Below, one piece after another: positions 9,609 to 20,161 of a stretch of DNA of 33,896 nt; position 1 is the stretch's first letter; each line of letters starts with the position of its first letter. The stretch spans positions 1-33,896 of IMG/VR virus record IMGVR_UViG_3300042519_000236; one strand, 5' to 3'. The DNA is from a virus. Lineage: Duplodnaviria > Caudoviricetes. The position numbers and the translations under genes are program-made. The notes below the pieces were generated by a model. That model was not told the DNA's origin and ran no database searches. It saw nothing but the letters and a program-made list of their open reading frames with translations.

Positions 9609-10211
9609 TTATCGTTTCTCGACATAGAAGATGTGTCCTCCGACCTTAGCTTCTCTCTTTAGGTTATGCCATCTTGGATTTACGTAAGTTGAATGGAAGT
9701 AGAGCCAGTCGCCCATTTCTTGCCTGTGGTGTTCGTACTCGCCTGTAAGTAGGCTACGTGCCACCGCTAGGCTTTCAACCCATCGTTGATCAGTATCTTT
9801 GATACGTTTAGTAATCGCACATACCCAACTAAACTGGCAAACAACTCGCTTGTCTACTACAGTCTTCACTTCGGTATGTTGCTCAGTCTTTTTCCAGATA
9901 CCCCATCCAGTTGTAACTTCTCGAATAGTTTTAATCTCTCTGGGTTTTTCAAAAACTGTTTTCTGTTTTACTACGTCACATACTGTGCGGGGAAACGCAG
10001 GATGTTCGGTTCTGTTCAGTGTGACCATTCCAACGGCAATCTTGCCCTTTTCTGATTCACCTCCGGATTCATAAAAGATGTTACGTGCTAGGCACATGAG
10101 TTCTTTCTGATCCACTTTGCTGGTGCTGATATCGTCTGCAGCCGCTACGCTACTTGATAAAAACATCAGGCCTATTACTGTTGTAGCTACTAGGTTTAGT
10201 AGTTTAGACAT
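9609..10211 (-). CDS. SleB-like cell wall hydrolase (Hydrolase_2)
   Basis: Signal peptide; CLARNIFYESGGE...GKIAVGMVTLNR...FPRTVCDVV...CQFSW...YFH...GGHIFY. Confidence 0.93.
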   Translation of the reverse strand: MSKLLNLVATTVIGLMFLSSSVAAADDISTSKVDQKELMCLARNIFYESGGESEKGKIAVGMVTLNRTEHPAFPRTVCDVVKQKTVFEKPREIKTIREVTTGWGIWKKTEQHTEVKTVVDKRVVCQFSWVCAITKRIKDTDQRWVESLAVARSLLTGEYEHHRQEMGDWLYFHSTYVNPRWHNLKREAKVGGHIFYVEKR

Positions 10212-10245
10212 TGGTATGCCCTCCTTTTTTAAAGTTGTAAGAGTA

Positions 10246-10275
10246 ATTATAGCACAAAGGCTAGAACACTGTCAA
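10246..10275 (-). promoter_or_regulatory. sigma70-type promoter for the cell wall hydrolase
   Basis: TTGACA-18 nt-TATAAT plus AAGGAGG RBS. Confidence 0.8.
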
Positions 10276-10313
10276 GATCTGGTGATTTTGACAGATTTTA
10301 TGGTAAAACCATT

Positions 10314-10991
10314 TTAATTTATCAAAACAGAAGCTTTAGCGAAGAATCCTTCGATATGTGACTGTGCCATTTGATCGTACATGTCACTTTCTGCTTGTCT
10401 AAGTGTGAAACCTGTAAAGGTTTCAATTTGACTCTTTACCTGTGCTCGGTTGTAGTAAAGATCTCTGTGTGTTATTTCAATAACGTCCGGGTCAGTTGGA
10501 ATTGTTAAATTGTGAAATCCGTCGAGTAATTTCTGATATGCAATTATCTTAATAAACGTGTTAACTTCTTTCTTTGTTAGCTGGTTAGGAGTTAGTGTAG
10601 TGCTTGAGAACAGATGACTATGTGTTTCTAGCGTTTGTCTAAAGAAGGGCTCTGCACCAAACTCGTAAGCGGTTGTATAAAAATCTTCCCAAAGATTCAA
10701 CGAAAGATTATTGCATTCAGATACCAAATGTGTTAAAACTATTATTTTGCAACCAGGAAATCTAGATTTTAATTTTGTATAATCCGGTCTGTACGGAACA
10801 TGCATAACTTGATTTTGTCCAGGATCTACATTGTCAAACCAAAAATCTCTAGTCATAGGGTCAGTAGGCTCTTGCAAGAAGGCAGGCGGTGTCAACACTG
10901 TTGACGCTTCAACTAGATTTCTAAGAATTCTTACTAGAAAATTTCCAGAACTACCCGGAGTTGAACAAATAAAGTATATCGGACTGCTCAT
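10314..10991 (-). CDS. Hypothetical protein, possibly sulfotransferase/P-loop-like fold
   Basis: N-terminal FICSTPGSSGNFL loosely resembles the sulfotransferase PxSGxxxL loop. Confidence 0.5.
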   Translation of the reverse strand: MSSPIYFICSTPGSSGNFLVRILRNLVEASTVLTPPAFLQEPTDPMTRDFWFDNVDPGQNQVMHVPYRPDYTKLKSRFPGCKIIVLTHLVSECNNLSLNLWEDFYTTAYEFGAEPFFRQTLETHSHLFSSTTLTPNQLTKKEVNTFIKIIAYQKLLDGFHNLTIPTDPDVIEITHRDLYYNRAQVKSQIETFTGFTLRQAESDMYDQMAQSHIEGFFAKASVLIN

Positions 10992-10992
10992 A

Positions 10993-11481
10993 TTAATTTC
11001 CTAAGAATGTTTCTAATGACGGAGATGATTGGTATAATTGAGATATATTTTCGTAGGTGTTCGATGTACCGATAAACTGATTATTTTCTTTGTCAAATGT
11101 TGTTTCAACTACAGCAATACGTTCTTCGTAACTCGCCCAACCTAATTCTGCAAATAATATATCTCTTGCTGTTACAAAATTGTTGTAATCATCACCGCTT
11201 TTTATAATTAACGAAGTAACAGCAGGATCTGCTACTGCATAATAAGAGTATGCGGTCGACGAGTTAGAGTCTGCAACGAATTTATATCCATGTCCATCTG
11301 AAAATGACAATATATTGATAATTCGATTCCTATAACTATCCATTGTAGAATAGAAGTTCATTAATTTCAAAAACTGTTCATCGGATAATGGTAGTCCTGT
11401 TAATAAATTAAATTTTCCCCAATAGGTGTCATCTGCAAATTCAGATAAAGTGTATTTTTTAATAACTGCGTAGATATTCAT
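10993..11481 (-). CDS. Hypothetical protein
   Basis: Fills the operon gap; ATG 11481 (MNIYAVIKK) avoids overlap with the upstream gene. Confidence 0.65.
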   Translation of the reverse strand: MNIYAVIKKYTLSEFADDTYWGKFNLLTGLPLSDEQFLKLMNFYSTMDSYRNRIINILSFSDGHGYKFVADSNSSTAYSYYAVADPAVTSLIIKSGDDYNNFVTARDILFAELGWASYEERIAVVETTFDKENNQFIGTSNTYENISQLYQSSPSLETFLGN

Positions 11482-11498
11482 ACTTGTATTTATCGCAA

Positions 11499-12029
11499 TT
11501 AAATAGGACAAACTACTAGGTGAATCCTAGGCTCGTGGCCACCGTTGTATACAAAATGATGCTTGGTAGTATCAACTTTATAAAAGGTATCATCTGCAGG
11601 AATATGAAAGCACAATGCACCTGCTTGAAAAGTGTGTGCAATATATGCATGTGGGTTAGTTTTTAGAACAAAATGATATCTAACTGATGAATCAGCATGT
11701 ACTGACAGTCCAGTCTTGGGCATAAGACGCATAAATCTAATCCTGCCCAATTGTATATTTTCAAGTATTGCAAGTTCATGTAATTTAGACTTTACATAAT
11801 CAGGCATATCAGGGTTTAATTCTGTAAAATCTTGCTCGTTTGCGACATCAAGTCCTGTTTCTCTGTCATACAAACTGCCCACACAGTCTTTCCAGAGATT
11901 TTGAGCATTTTTACGATAAGTTAACCCAATCTGATTTTCGCTACCCCACTGAGTCATTGTTAACACAGTATCCAATCCTGCACGAATTAGATCACCGTTG
12001 GCGGTTATTTCAAGTTTTTTAATAAACAT
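11499..12029 (-). CDS. Aspartyl/asparaginyl beta-hydroxylase-like 2OG-Fe(II) oxygenase
   Basis: RIRFMRLMPKTGLSVHAD (HxD)...RYH...HHFVYNGGHEPRIHLV. Confidence 0.82.
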   Translation of the reverse strand: MFIKKLEITANGDLIRAGLDTVLTMTQWGSENQIGLTYRKNAQNLWKDCVGSLYDRETGLDVANEQDFTELNPDMPDYVKSKLHELAILENIQLGRIRFMRLMPKTGLSVHADSSVRYHFVLKTNPHAYIAHTFQAGALCFHIPADDTFYKVDTTKHHFVYNGGHEPRIHLVVCPI

Positions 12030-12032
12030 AAT

Positions 12033-12578
12033 TTATTTAATTCCTATAATCATATAGCGAGTAAACTTCCAGTTAGGATATACAAATTCTTTTTCTCCTG
12101 CAAACACACACTCACTCAATGGATACTGTTCAATAAAGTCTGCTAAAGTTTCTGAGTGTATGACATGATCGTCGTGCGGCATGTTATTGCCCTGCAATAC
12201 AACTCGAGTGCCTTTAGGAATTCTATTAAACCAATCCATGTTATCAAAATGTTCTGTACTGGTATTGATTATTAGATCTCCGTAAACAGGATCAAAGTTA
12301 TTGCAATCATTTGTGAATGCCTTAAACTTCCACTCCTGCCATACCCAGTTTTCATTAATCATATCGGCAATAGGCTCGGCGGCAGGGTCAATGTCAATAC
12401 TGCGTATCCTATTGACTTGAAACTTACCTCGGCTCAGTAATAAAAATGCGGTGACGCCATGCCAGCCTCCGTATATGTAAGTAAAATCAGATAACCAACC
12501 AGTCTTTTCTAATTCTTCACATAACCAAATCTTACTGCCAATCTGGCCGCTACTAAATGCGTCCTTGTCTATATTCAT
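12033..12578 (-). CDS. Class I SAM-dependent methyltransferase-like protein
   Basis: IYGGWHG motif I-like; SIDIDP acidic beta-2; DLIINTSTEH. Confidence 0.72.
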   Translation of the reverse strand: MNIDKDAFSSGQIGSKIWLCEELEKTGWLSDFTYIYGGWHGVTAFLLLSRGKFQVNRIRSIDIDPAAEPIADMINENWVWQEWKFKAFTNDCNNFDPVYGDLIINTSTEHFDNMDWFNRIPKGTRVVLQGNNMPHDDHVIHSETLADFIEQYPLSECVFAGEKEFVYPNWKFTRYMIIGIK

Positions 12579-13930
12579 GTTAGAAACTTTCCTTTGGGTG
12601 TATGACCTATTATCTTTGTATTAGGATGCAGGATTGCAGCAAAGCGATCAAATAACCTATCTGCTTGTTTAAGACCTATTGCACTGACCAAAAAGTCTGT
12701 TGCATAGATATTAGAAATATGAAATAGGCAATGGCTATCACCTATTTCATTTAATAGATTAAGGTAATTGTATATTAGATCAGTCTTGATAAATCTAACA
12801 GGACTATTTCTAAACTGCGTTAGGTATTGCTCAAACTTACCATTAAAATAATCTTTAGTTACTTTAAAACTTTCAACGAACCCGTCTGCTAATTCTCCAT
12901 TAACAATTATATTTGTGTTATTGTATCCAAACCATTTAAGATGTTTTCGATGTGGGAAGGTAGTAACTAATTCCTTAATGTCCATCGAACTAGAACTGTA
13001 TATATGATAGATCCAATTGAGAGATAATTGATTGTAATCGTAAATGATTATCTCGCCAGAAGACGACAATGCCTTTGATTTAAAAATATCAAGATACTTA
13101 AACCCGCTAGCCGGTAATGCCACAATATCGTAAGTTTTGCCACCATTACGAATGTACATATGCTCGCTGTTAATTGCCCATATTTGATTACTAACACCAG
13201 CAGACATTTCACTGATTAATCTTTTCTGATTAAAGTTAGTAACACCGGGATCTAATGTTGCAGTCTTATATGATTTAAAGAATAATGCACTATTAGTTTC
13301 CGGATAGTAATAGGTACGTTTATTTCTAATACTTTGATTCCAGTTAATGATTTCTAAACCTGCACGTAGACCTTTATCAATAAAATTCCATCCTTGCTTA
13401 TTGTGGTGTTGCAATTCTCGACGACCAGTATCTTTAATCCACAAAGGTGTATAATCGTCGTGGAAGTTTTCTATGCTACGCTCAACTACTACTAATTCTT
13501 CTGTGACGGAATTCCAGTTACCAAACTTAGGCTTGCCTATCTTATTCCAGCTATCTGTATTAACTAATACAAACTGATGGTGTAATTCATACCAATTGTC
13601 TTTCCATTCTAAGATATGTGCTGCGGCTAGATAGTTAGGATGTTTTTCAATTTCTTCAACTATCTCTAAGATAATGCCTGCATCATATATCCTAACTCCT
13701 GCTGCCATAAACAGTATGTGCTTATATTGACTGTAATTTTCTAATCCCTGGTCAATGCTGTCTGCATATACAATATCTAATCTAGAACTTATCTGTTCTA
13801 ATCGATGTGCATAAAATGTTGTATAATCAGTCATAGTATCTTTTAACTGATCGTGTTTTAACATGTCAGACGGAAATATACACACCGCAAGGTCTATATC
13901 ATTTTCAAATCTTCCTTGTACTATATTCAT
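12575..13930 (-). CDS. Hypothetical protein (451 aa)
   Basis: Long ORF with ATGA coupling; no confident motif. Confidence 0.8.
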   Translation of the reverse strand: MNIVQGRFENDIDLAVCIFPSDMLKHDQLKDTMTDYTTFYAHRLEQISSRLDIVYADSIDQGLENYSQYKHILFMAAGVRIYDAGIILEIVEEIEKHPNYLAAAHILEWKDNWYELHHQFVLVNTDSWNKIGKPKFGNWNSVTEELVVVERSIENFHDDYTPLWIKDTGRRELQHHNKQGWNFIDKGLRAGLEIINWNQSIRNKRTYYYPETNSALFFKSYKTATLDPGVTNFNQKRLISEMSAGVSNQIWAINSEHMYIRNGGKTYDIVALPASGFKYLDIFKSKALSSSGEIIIYDYNQLSLNWIYHIYSSSSMDIKELVTTFPHRKHLKWFGYNNTNIIVNGELADGFVESFKVTKDYFNGKFEQYLTQFRNSPVRFIKTDLIYNYLNLLNEIGDSHCLFHISNIYATDFLVSAIGLKQADRLFDRFAAILHPNTKIIGHTPKGKFLT

Positions 13931-14595
13931 AACTGTTTAATAGATTCTTTTATTAAGTTAGTTATAGCAAGTGTAGGCTTGCCATGAATAATAATATGAT
14001 ATCGGTCTTCATTAGAATCATTAACCACTATATGTTCTCTGCCTATATCTAACATAAATCCTCTTCCAACTTTAAATGGAACTGTTCCTATATCCTTAAA
14101 CACAAAGCGACAACCTTCTGGTTGTGTTAATGCAAAATTTAAAGGGCCAAATATTCTGCCAGGGCCGTCTACGTGTGGCATAATGTATCCGCCTGCGGAT
14201 AGCCTCATTATTCTAACTCGACCGTAACTAGAAAACGGTAGTGTTCTTATTAGATTAACAATATAAGGGCAGTAGTCACAAACTTCTGTCCATCTATATT
14301 TGCTTTCATCTGTGTGTCCATATCTGTCGTAGTTTTCAGTCTTGTCGTAGTCTAACCCGTGTAAAGTTAATGCAGCCCAACCTTCATGTCCGTAACTATT
14401 AATCTTATCTTTATCTCTATGCGGAACAAAAAAATGTTCTATCTTAGTTAACTCGTTAGCAATCTTTGTTTGATCTACCGATACCGATACAGGTGCCCAC
14501 GGCCAATCACTGTTCCATAAATTATTTGGAAACTCGGTTGGCATCCATACCTTGTGCTCGTGCTCTAACAAAAATGTTTCAATTGTCTTGTTCAT
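13927..14595 (-). CDS. Aspartyl/asparaginyl beta-hydroxylase-like 2OG-Fe(II) oxygenase
   Basis: GRVRIMRLSAGGYIMPHVD...HIVVNDSNEDRYHIIIHG; start probably MNKTIE. Confidence 0.82.
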   Translation of the reverse strand: MNKTIETFLLEHEHKVWMPTEFPNNLWNSDWPWAPVSVSVDQTKIANELTKIEHFFVPHRDKDKINSYGHEGWAALTLHGLDYDKTENYDRYGHTDESKYRWTEVCDYCPYIVNLIRTLPFSSYGRVRIMRLSAGGYIMPHVDGPGRIFGPLNFALTQPEGCRFVFKDIGTVPFKVGRGFMLDIGREHIVVNDSNEDRYHIIIHGKPTLAITNLIKESIKQL

Positions 14596-15529
14596 ATATT
14601 CTAATATCTTCAACAGATCTAAATGTAGTTAGTACTTTATGATTCCATTGTAGTTTACAGTCGTGTCTATAAGTTTTCCAGTGATCAGGATTAGGATCAA
14701 TCTTTAAAAATGTATCGTTAATAACAATATCACCTATAGGAAATCGTCCTAGTGTTAATTGATTTAAGTTGTTGAAAGGTACTTTCTTTCGTATATCAAA
14801 TGGCAGTGCATTACACCAATTAATAAACGAAGATACTCTATTCTGCTCTTCTTGGTCGATATTAAAGTTTAGCCAGGTTTCGGCGGCAAATCGTTTCTGG
14901 GGCTTGACCATATCTCTTACAATTACTTCTACATCATTGTCCTTAGCCACAGCTAGCCAATCTTTACCTAATGTATTATAACCTAAATATAATCGTCCCC
15001 AAGAAAATCCAGTTTCAAGTAATAACTTATCCATTTCCATTATAGAAAGGTGTAGGCCAAGAGGTTGTATATCATATAAAATACCAAAACCTCCCCATGT
15101 ACCGGGTTCAGTAACCATAGCATCTTCACACATGTGAATATGTTCATTTAACGCAAAGAAACGATCCTCAAGTTCATAGCTAAACTTATTAGACAACTTT
15201 AGCTCGTCATATCGTTCTCCAAATATTTCAAATTCTTCGTGAAGATAGTTTAACTTGGGATTATCAATTACTTCGTAAGTAGGCAGTACCTTATCATAAA
15301 GTTGATTTATCTTTAAAACAATATGATTAATCTGTTGGGTTATTTCAGGAACATCTAATGCTGTCCTATTATTGAATGAACTGGTAAATGCATGTCTAGG
15401 ATTTTTTAGATTTAATTTAGTCAAGCCTACCCATCGAGCAGCGAGGTGTGATTTCTGAACTTTGTATGTTATATAATGATATTGATCAAACTTATCTTTG
15501 ATCTTAACTTCTAAAAATGTATCTTTCAT
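14579..15529 (-). CDS. Hypothetical protein (316 aa)
   Basis: Long ORF in operon; LNYLHEEFE / LNEHIHMCE / LYLGYNTLGK segments, possibly metal-binding. Confidence 0.8.
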   Translation of the reverse strand: MKDTFLEVKIKDKFDQYHYITYKVQKSHLAARWVGLTKLNLKNPRHAFTSSFNNRTALDVPEITQQINHIVLKINQLYDKVLPTYEVIDNPKLNYLHEEFEIFGERYDELKLSNKFSYELEDRFFALNEHIHMCEDAMVTEPGTWGGFGILYDIQPLGLHLSIMEMDKLLLETGFSWGRLYLGYNTLGKDWLAVAKDNDVEVIVRDMVKPQKRFAAETWLNFNIDQEEQNRVSSFINWCNALPFDIRKKVPFNNLNQLTLGRFPIGDIVINDTFLKIDPNPDHWKTYRHDCKLQWNHKVLTTFRSVEDIRIYEQDN

Positions 15530-16761
15530 AGTAACTTCTTGAAAAACTCGCTGTTGGTAGAACGTAAAGTATCTAACTTATCAATGTATTCAACAGTTTG
15601 ATCTAACTTACTGCTCCAGTCTTCACTATTCATAAAGTCTATCATTTTCTTTAGTCGTTGAATAGCGGGATTATCTGTATGCTGTTCTGCATAGCGATAT
15701 ATCTTTTCGGCAACTTTGTCCTTTGTGTGTTTGGGTAATACTTTAGTGCAGAGGTATTGAGGATAATGTAGAGTGCCGGTATGAAAGATGCCATCCAGTC
15801 TAGGCTTACTGATCTTTTTATAGTTCTGCATCAGCAACCAATCTGCAAACTCAGGCAGATAGTAAATGTTTAAGGCCTGCACTGTGCATAGTATTTTAAT
15901 ATCAATATTAGCAGGAGTAGTGTCGTACAAATGTAGGTTACGTTCAATGGTATCCCAGTCGGCAGGGTATCTAATATAATCGTTAATCTCCTTGCCGCCG
16001 TCGATACTGATCATAACGTCAACATACTTAAACTTAGTCCATAGTTCAACAACTTCTTTATCGTAGATTGTACCATTGGTATGATATCGTAGGTCAATAT
16101 TCTTGCTTGCACCAGATTCTACTAACTTAGTCAGTATCTCCTTGTGCTCTTTAATGTATAAAGGTTCTCCGCCGCCAAATATAATATGTTTGATATCTGT
16201 TGCAGAATTATAAAAGTCTTCTAAGAACTTATCGTCTTTATACCATTCAAAGTTGTTTGTAGAGTAGTTGTCAACTTTATGTTTCCAATCCCACTTGGCT
16301 TCTGTCTTAAGTTCTTGTTTTAAAATAGTTGCATGTTTGACCCATTTACTAGAATCAATAGGTCGACACATCACACATTGCAGGTTACAGGTATTACCTA
16401 GTCTTAGATCTAAAGTGATCCAATCAGTATCTAGTGACCCGTCTTCATTAGTACTGGCAACTAGTTCATCAATATAGTCTTCGCCTAACTTACCTTTCCA
16501 TATATGATTTTCAATCTGCCTATGACTGTGTATGCCTACCTGTTCTTCTTTATAACAGGCAGAACAGTTTTTAACAGGTAGGCCTTGTAGCATATTTTTT
16601 CTTGCTGATTTAAAGTGATCACTATTCCAAACTTCTTGCAAAGACATGTTGTTTAGGTTTAGGTTATGTTCACTTCCGGATACACAGCACAATAATGCAC
16701 TACCATCTGTGTAGGTAGCAATATGTGTCCACGGTAAGATACAGAATGTTTTACTCTTCAT
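15526..16761 (-). CDS. Twitch/SPASM-domain radical SAM protein
   Basis: N-terminal FCILPW...LCC...CSACY; LDLRLGNTCNLQCVMC (CxxxCxxC); GGGEP; TNGT; SIDG. Confidence 0.93.
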   Translation of the reverse strand: MKSKTFCILPWTHIATYTDGSALLCCVSGSEHNLNLNNMSLQEVWNSDHFKSARKNMLQGLPVKNCSACYKEEQVGIHSHRQIENHIWKGKLGEDYIDELVASTNEDGSLDTDWITLDLRLGNTCNLQCVMCRPIDSSKWVKHATILKQELKTEAKWDWKHKVDNYSTNNFEWYKDDKFLEDFYNSATDIKHIIFGGGEPLYIKEHKEILTKLVESGASKNIDLRYHTNGTIYDKEVVELWTKFKYVDVMISIDGGKEINDYIRYPADWDTIERNLHLYDTTPANIDIKILCTVQALNIYYLPEFADWLLMQNYKKISKPRLDGIFHTGTLHYPQYLCTKVLPKHTKDKVAEKIYRYAEQHTDNPAIQRLKKMIDFMNSEDWSSKLDQTVEYIDKLDTLRSTNSEFFKKLL

Positions 16762-18070
16762 TTATTAAATCCGCTAATTCTGCACTGATAGATCTAAGAC
16801 TTTGACTTCTTTCAACATCTAGCGAGTGCGTATAAATTTTGAATCGTGCTAATTGTTCTTGCCAATCTGCTGCCCTAGGCTTTTGCAATAAGCCAATAAT
16901 ACCGTTTACACTGTTAACAGTTAGCTCTGGACTGCTACTGGTCAAATGTGTATTTTTGTATTCTATTAGATCATTAGCTACTTTATTTCTAATTTCATCT
17001 GGCAATATTGTTACAGACAAATGTGAAGGATGCACATTAATTAAAAAGTCAACAAATATATTTTTCCTGTATTTGGTGTTGAGTGTATCAACCCATTTTA
17101 GTGTGTCAACAAGATTAAACACATTATATACCTGAACTGTAGGTGTTAATCCCAAATGTACATTAGGCATCTGTGCCAAAGTTTCTACGTTTGCACTTAT
17201 CTGTTCCCAATGACTAGGACTCCTAATGTAATCGTTAACTGCACCCACACCATCAACACTGGCATTGATATTAACTCTGCCAAACTGCCCAATTAAACTG
17301 GTAAACTTCTTGTTTACGTTAGTGCAGTTAGTGTTAAAAAACAGTACAATATCTCTACGGCCTTTACGTATACATTCATTCATGAACTTAAAGTTATTTT
17401 GAATTAGCGTAGGTTCTCCGCCTGTCATATATACTTTCTTTAAGGAAGGAATTAGGTCAATGATTTGATCCCATAAAAAGTCTCTTTCAAACCACGATTG
17501 AACATCATTAATTCTGCTGTCAAATCTACCAAATGTCTTTGCCCAAACTACTTTATAAGCTTCGTCTTTCTTTTCTAATTCCATGTGCTCTTTTGCAATT
17601 TGACTGCTATTAAAAGGGCTACACATTCTGCATTTTAAATTACATAAGTTTCCTAATCGCAAATCTAGATAAGCAAGACTATAATCAAGTTCGCCACCGT
17701 TCAACACTGCTTTGTCAATTAGGTCAAACATATGCTTGCTGCCTAATTTATTACTCCATTCAGAATTAGCATATTGTCGATTGCTGGTCCGTCCACTACT
17801 TTCTTGCAAGTAACAAACTTTACATCCTACTAGTTTATTACCTGATACCATTTCTGTTCTGATGAATTTCATTTCATTAGAATTCCAAGAATCAGATAAT
17901 TTTTCATTTATTGTGAGAACTTTTCCGTTAACATCTTTTAGCCTGTGTGTATTGCGTTGCATCATACAACAAGGTTGCACAGTTGCGTCTGTATTAACCA
18001 CCATACTAACGAATGGTATGGCACAGAAGGTAGGCATTATCTGTTCTATATCTTTTTCAAATTTGTTCAT
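16751..18070 (-). CDS. Twitch/SPASM-domain radical SAM protein
   Basis: FCAIPF...PCC...CKVCY; LDLRLGNLCNLKCRMC; TGGEP; SVDG. Confidence 0.93.
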   Translation of the reverse strand: MNKFEKDIEQIMPTFCAIPFVSMVVNTDATVQPCCMMQRNTHRLKDVNGKVLTINEKLSDSWNSNEMKFIRTEMVSGNKLVGCKVCYLQESSGRTSNRQYANSEWSNKLGSKHMFDLIDKAVLNGGELDYSLAYLDLRLGNLCNLKCRMCSPFNSSQIAKEHMELEKKDEAYKVVWAKTFGRFDSRINDVQSWFERDFLWDQIIDLIPSLKKVYMTGGEPTLIQNNFKFMNECIRKGRRDIVLFFNTNCTNVNKKFTSLIGQFGRVNINASVDGVGAVNDYIRSPSHWEQISANVETLAQMPNVHLGLTPTVQVYNVFNLVDTLKWVDTLNTKYRKNIFVDFLINVHPSHLSVTILPDEIRNKVANDLIEYKNTHLTSSSPELTVNSVNGIIGLLQKPRAADWQEQLARFKIYTHSLDVERSQSLRSISAELADLINEE

Positions 18071-19241
18071 TAAATTTCTCTTTTAACCATACACGGTCAT
18101 TTATTAATCTTAGTGCAGAAGAGTTTGATTTATTCTCTTCCCCGTATTGTTTTCCAGCAACCGCTCCGAGAACAGCATATTGACTAAAATCCCCTAATGC
18201 TGTGTTGCACCAAATATCTAATCGATAGGTAGTCTCGTCGTCTATCTGATTCTTAATAGTTCCGGCAGCTAGTTTAGCACATTCCCTAAACGCACTACGC
18301 CATGTGCTAAAAGGATCTGTATTAAATGCAGTAACGTTACTAACCTGTTTCATTACTTTTAACTTAGTACCTAGTCCAGTGGTTAGATCAACATTCCAAG
18401 TCTGTGCATCTAGTAATAGTTGTCTAGGGAATAATTTTACGCCACCATATCCGTATTCTAAACCATTAACTGCGTTGCGGCTAGGCCAGACATGTATGCA
18501 ATTCCTATTGAATATATTTGGCTGGTAATCAAAGGACCAATCATCTAATAATGTTGCATCACCATCTACTACCCAAAACATATCTGTCTGTGCTAATTTG
18601 GCTGCTGCTTTGTGTGCTTCAAATATTCCTTTAACTCCGTGTACTCGTTGGGCAAATGGTACTCGACTTAATACCTTATTCCAATTGCTGTCTGCGTTAG
18701 GTTCATCGTAACTGATAAAGATAACGTCTAGTTCATCGACAATTTCAGGAGTAACATATCCCATGTCTTTAATATCTAAAGGGTGTTCACATGCACGTAT
18801 CTTCTTAACCCAAATTTTGTCTCCAGCAAAGTACTTAGGATCTAGATACCACACATGCTCTAAATTGTAATCCTCTGGCTCAATTGATTGAGTGATTGGT
18901 TTGAACAAGTTGGCGGGGATGTCAGGATTAAACTCTTCTACTAGATCGAACTCATTTACCTTTGCGACTTTAAAGTCGCACTCAATTACCTGCCAGCCGT
19001 CAGCAGGAGTCCAGGTTCCTTTAAATTTTTTAGCAATCCATTTGTCCTTCTTAACCCACATTATACAATGATCTGCTGATAAGTCAGTATTGATATAGTC
19101 TAGTATCCAATCATCAAATATAGGATTAACAATAATAAATTCATCAAAGCCCTGACCTAGTTGATGCAGTCGTTGATCATACGTGGCAGGATTATCCTTC
19201 CATGTAACTGACTGTACTTTATCTTTGTCTATTATAATCAT
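18057..19241 (-). CDS. Glycosyltransferase-like protein (GT-A fold, C-terminal domain)
   Basis: DVIFISYDEPNAD...VHGVKG...FWVVDGD (DxD)...YGYGGVKLF...WRSAFRE. Confidence 0.7.
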   Translation of the reverse strand: MIIIDKDKVQSVTWKDNPATYDQRLHQLGQGFDEFIIVNPIFDDWILDYINTDLSADHCIMWVKKDKWIAKKFKGTWTPADGWQVIECDFKVAKVNEFDLVEEFNPDIPANLFKPITQSIEPEDYNLEHVWYLDPKYFAGDKIWVKKIRACEHPLDIKDMGYVTPEIVDELDVIFISYDEPNADSNWNKVLSRVPFAQRVHGVKGIFEAHKAAAKLAQTDMFWVVDGDATLLDDWSFDYQPNIFNRNCIHVWPSRNAVNGLEYGYGGVKLFPRQLLLDAQTWNVDLTTGLGTKLKVMKQVSNVTAFNTDPFSTWRSAFRECAKLAAGTIKNQIDDETTYRLDIWCNTALGDFSQYAVLGAVAGKQYGEENKSNSSALRLINDRVWLKEKFNEQI

Positions 19242-20161
19242 AAATCCCAGGTGACTTCTCGTTCAGTAAGTGCAGTGTTTGTTCTAGGAGGATTGATCCA
19301 AACTTCTTTAAAGAACTTGCTCTGCGTAGCGTCTAGATCCGCAACTGGTAAATTCAATTTAGATCTTAGATCGTTGCCGAGACTGACACTACTAGATTGT
19401 AGCATGTCTTCGGCCATGTTAGCAATATTGTTATTAAAATACTCTGTTAGATATTCAAAATCTCTAACCTGTACATAGTTCCAATCAGTACAGTTGGTCA
19501 TGTAACATCCTAGTCTGGCACCATGTATTGCCCAAAGTCCATTTGCTACATCTTGCCCTACTGAGCACCACATTATCAATCTACGATAGTTTCGATCGCC
19601 TAGTTGACGTTTTGGATGTAATAGTTCTTGTCGTAGTCCTCGATTGAGTGTCATCTTAACTCCTTCACGGAAGCCTGCTCTCCATGCCTGCAATGTGCTG
19701 GCATTATTATGTACTGTGGAATAACAGTCAGCCATTTGTACATAATTGTCTTGCCAGCAGAAGTCTACTTGATTAGTGTTTGAGTCTGCATCCTCATGTG
19801 TACGCATATTCAAGACAAATGTTTTAGTCCAGCATTTCAATCCACCGTTACCGTATACCAATCCGTTGATAGTATTACGGCCTGCCCAACTGAGCTGTGT
19901 CTGATCTTGCTTGGGTAGTTTATCAGTATCTATTGTTAAGTTAAAGAATTCTGCATCAACAATATTGTCTGCATCAACTGTGACAAAGTGTTCAGTTTCG
20001 CTAAGGTTAGCACAGGCTTTGTGTGCGGCATCACTGCCTTTGACACCGTGAACACGCTTTGCCCAAGGTGCTTTGTTTAATAAGTCTGCCCAATTTTTAT
20101 CAGCATTAGGTTCGTCATAGCTTAGAAAGATGCAGTCTATTTCAGATAGGTTTAACTTCAT
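19238..20161 (-). CDS. Glycosyltransferase-like protein (paralogue of 18057..19241)
   Basis: DCIFLSYDEPNAD...VHGVKG...FVTVDAD...YGNGGLKCW...WRAGFRE; start MKLNLSE or 20176. Confidence 0.7.
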   Translation of the reverse strand: MKLNLSEIDCIFLSYDEPNADKNWADLLNKAPWAKRVHGVKGSDAAHKACANLSETEHFVTVDADNIVDAEFFNLTIDTDKLPKQDQTQLSWAGRNTINGLVYGNGGLKCWTKTFVLNMRTHEDADSNTNQVDFCWQDNYVQMADCYSTVHNNASTLQAWRAGFREGVKMTLNRGLRQELLHPKRQLGDRNYRRLIMWCSVGQDVANGLWAIHGARLGCYMTNCTDWNYVQVRDFEYLTEYFNNNIANMAEDMLQSSSVSLGNDLRSKLNLPVADLDATQSKFFKEVWINPPRTNTALTEREVTWDL

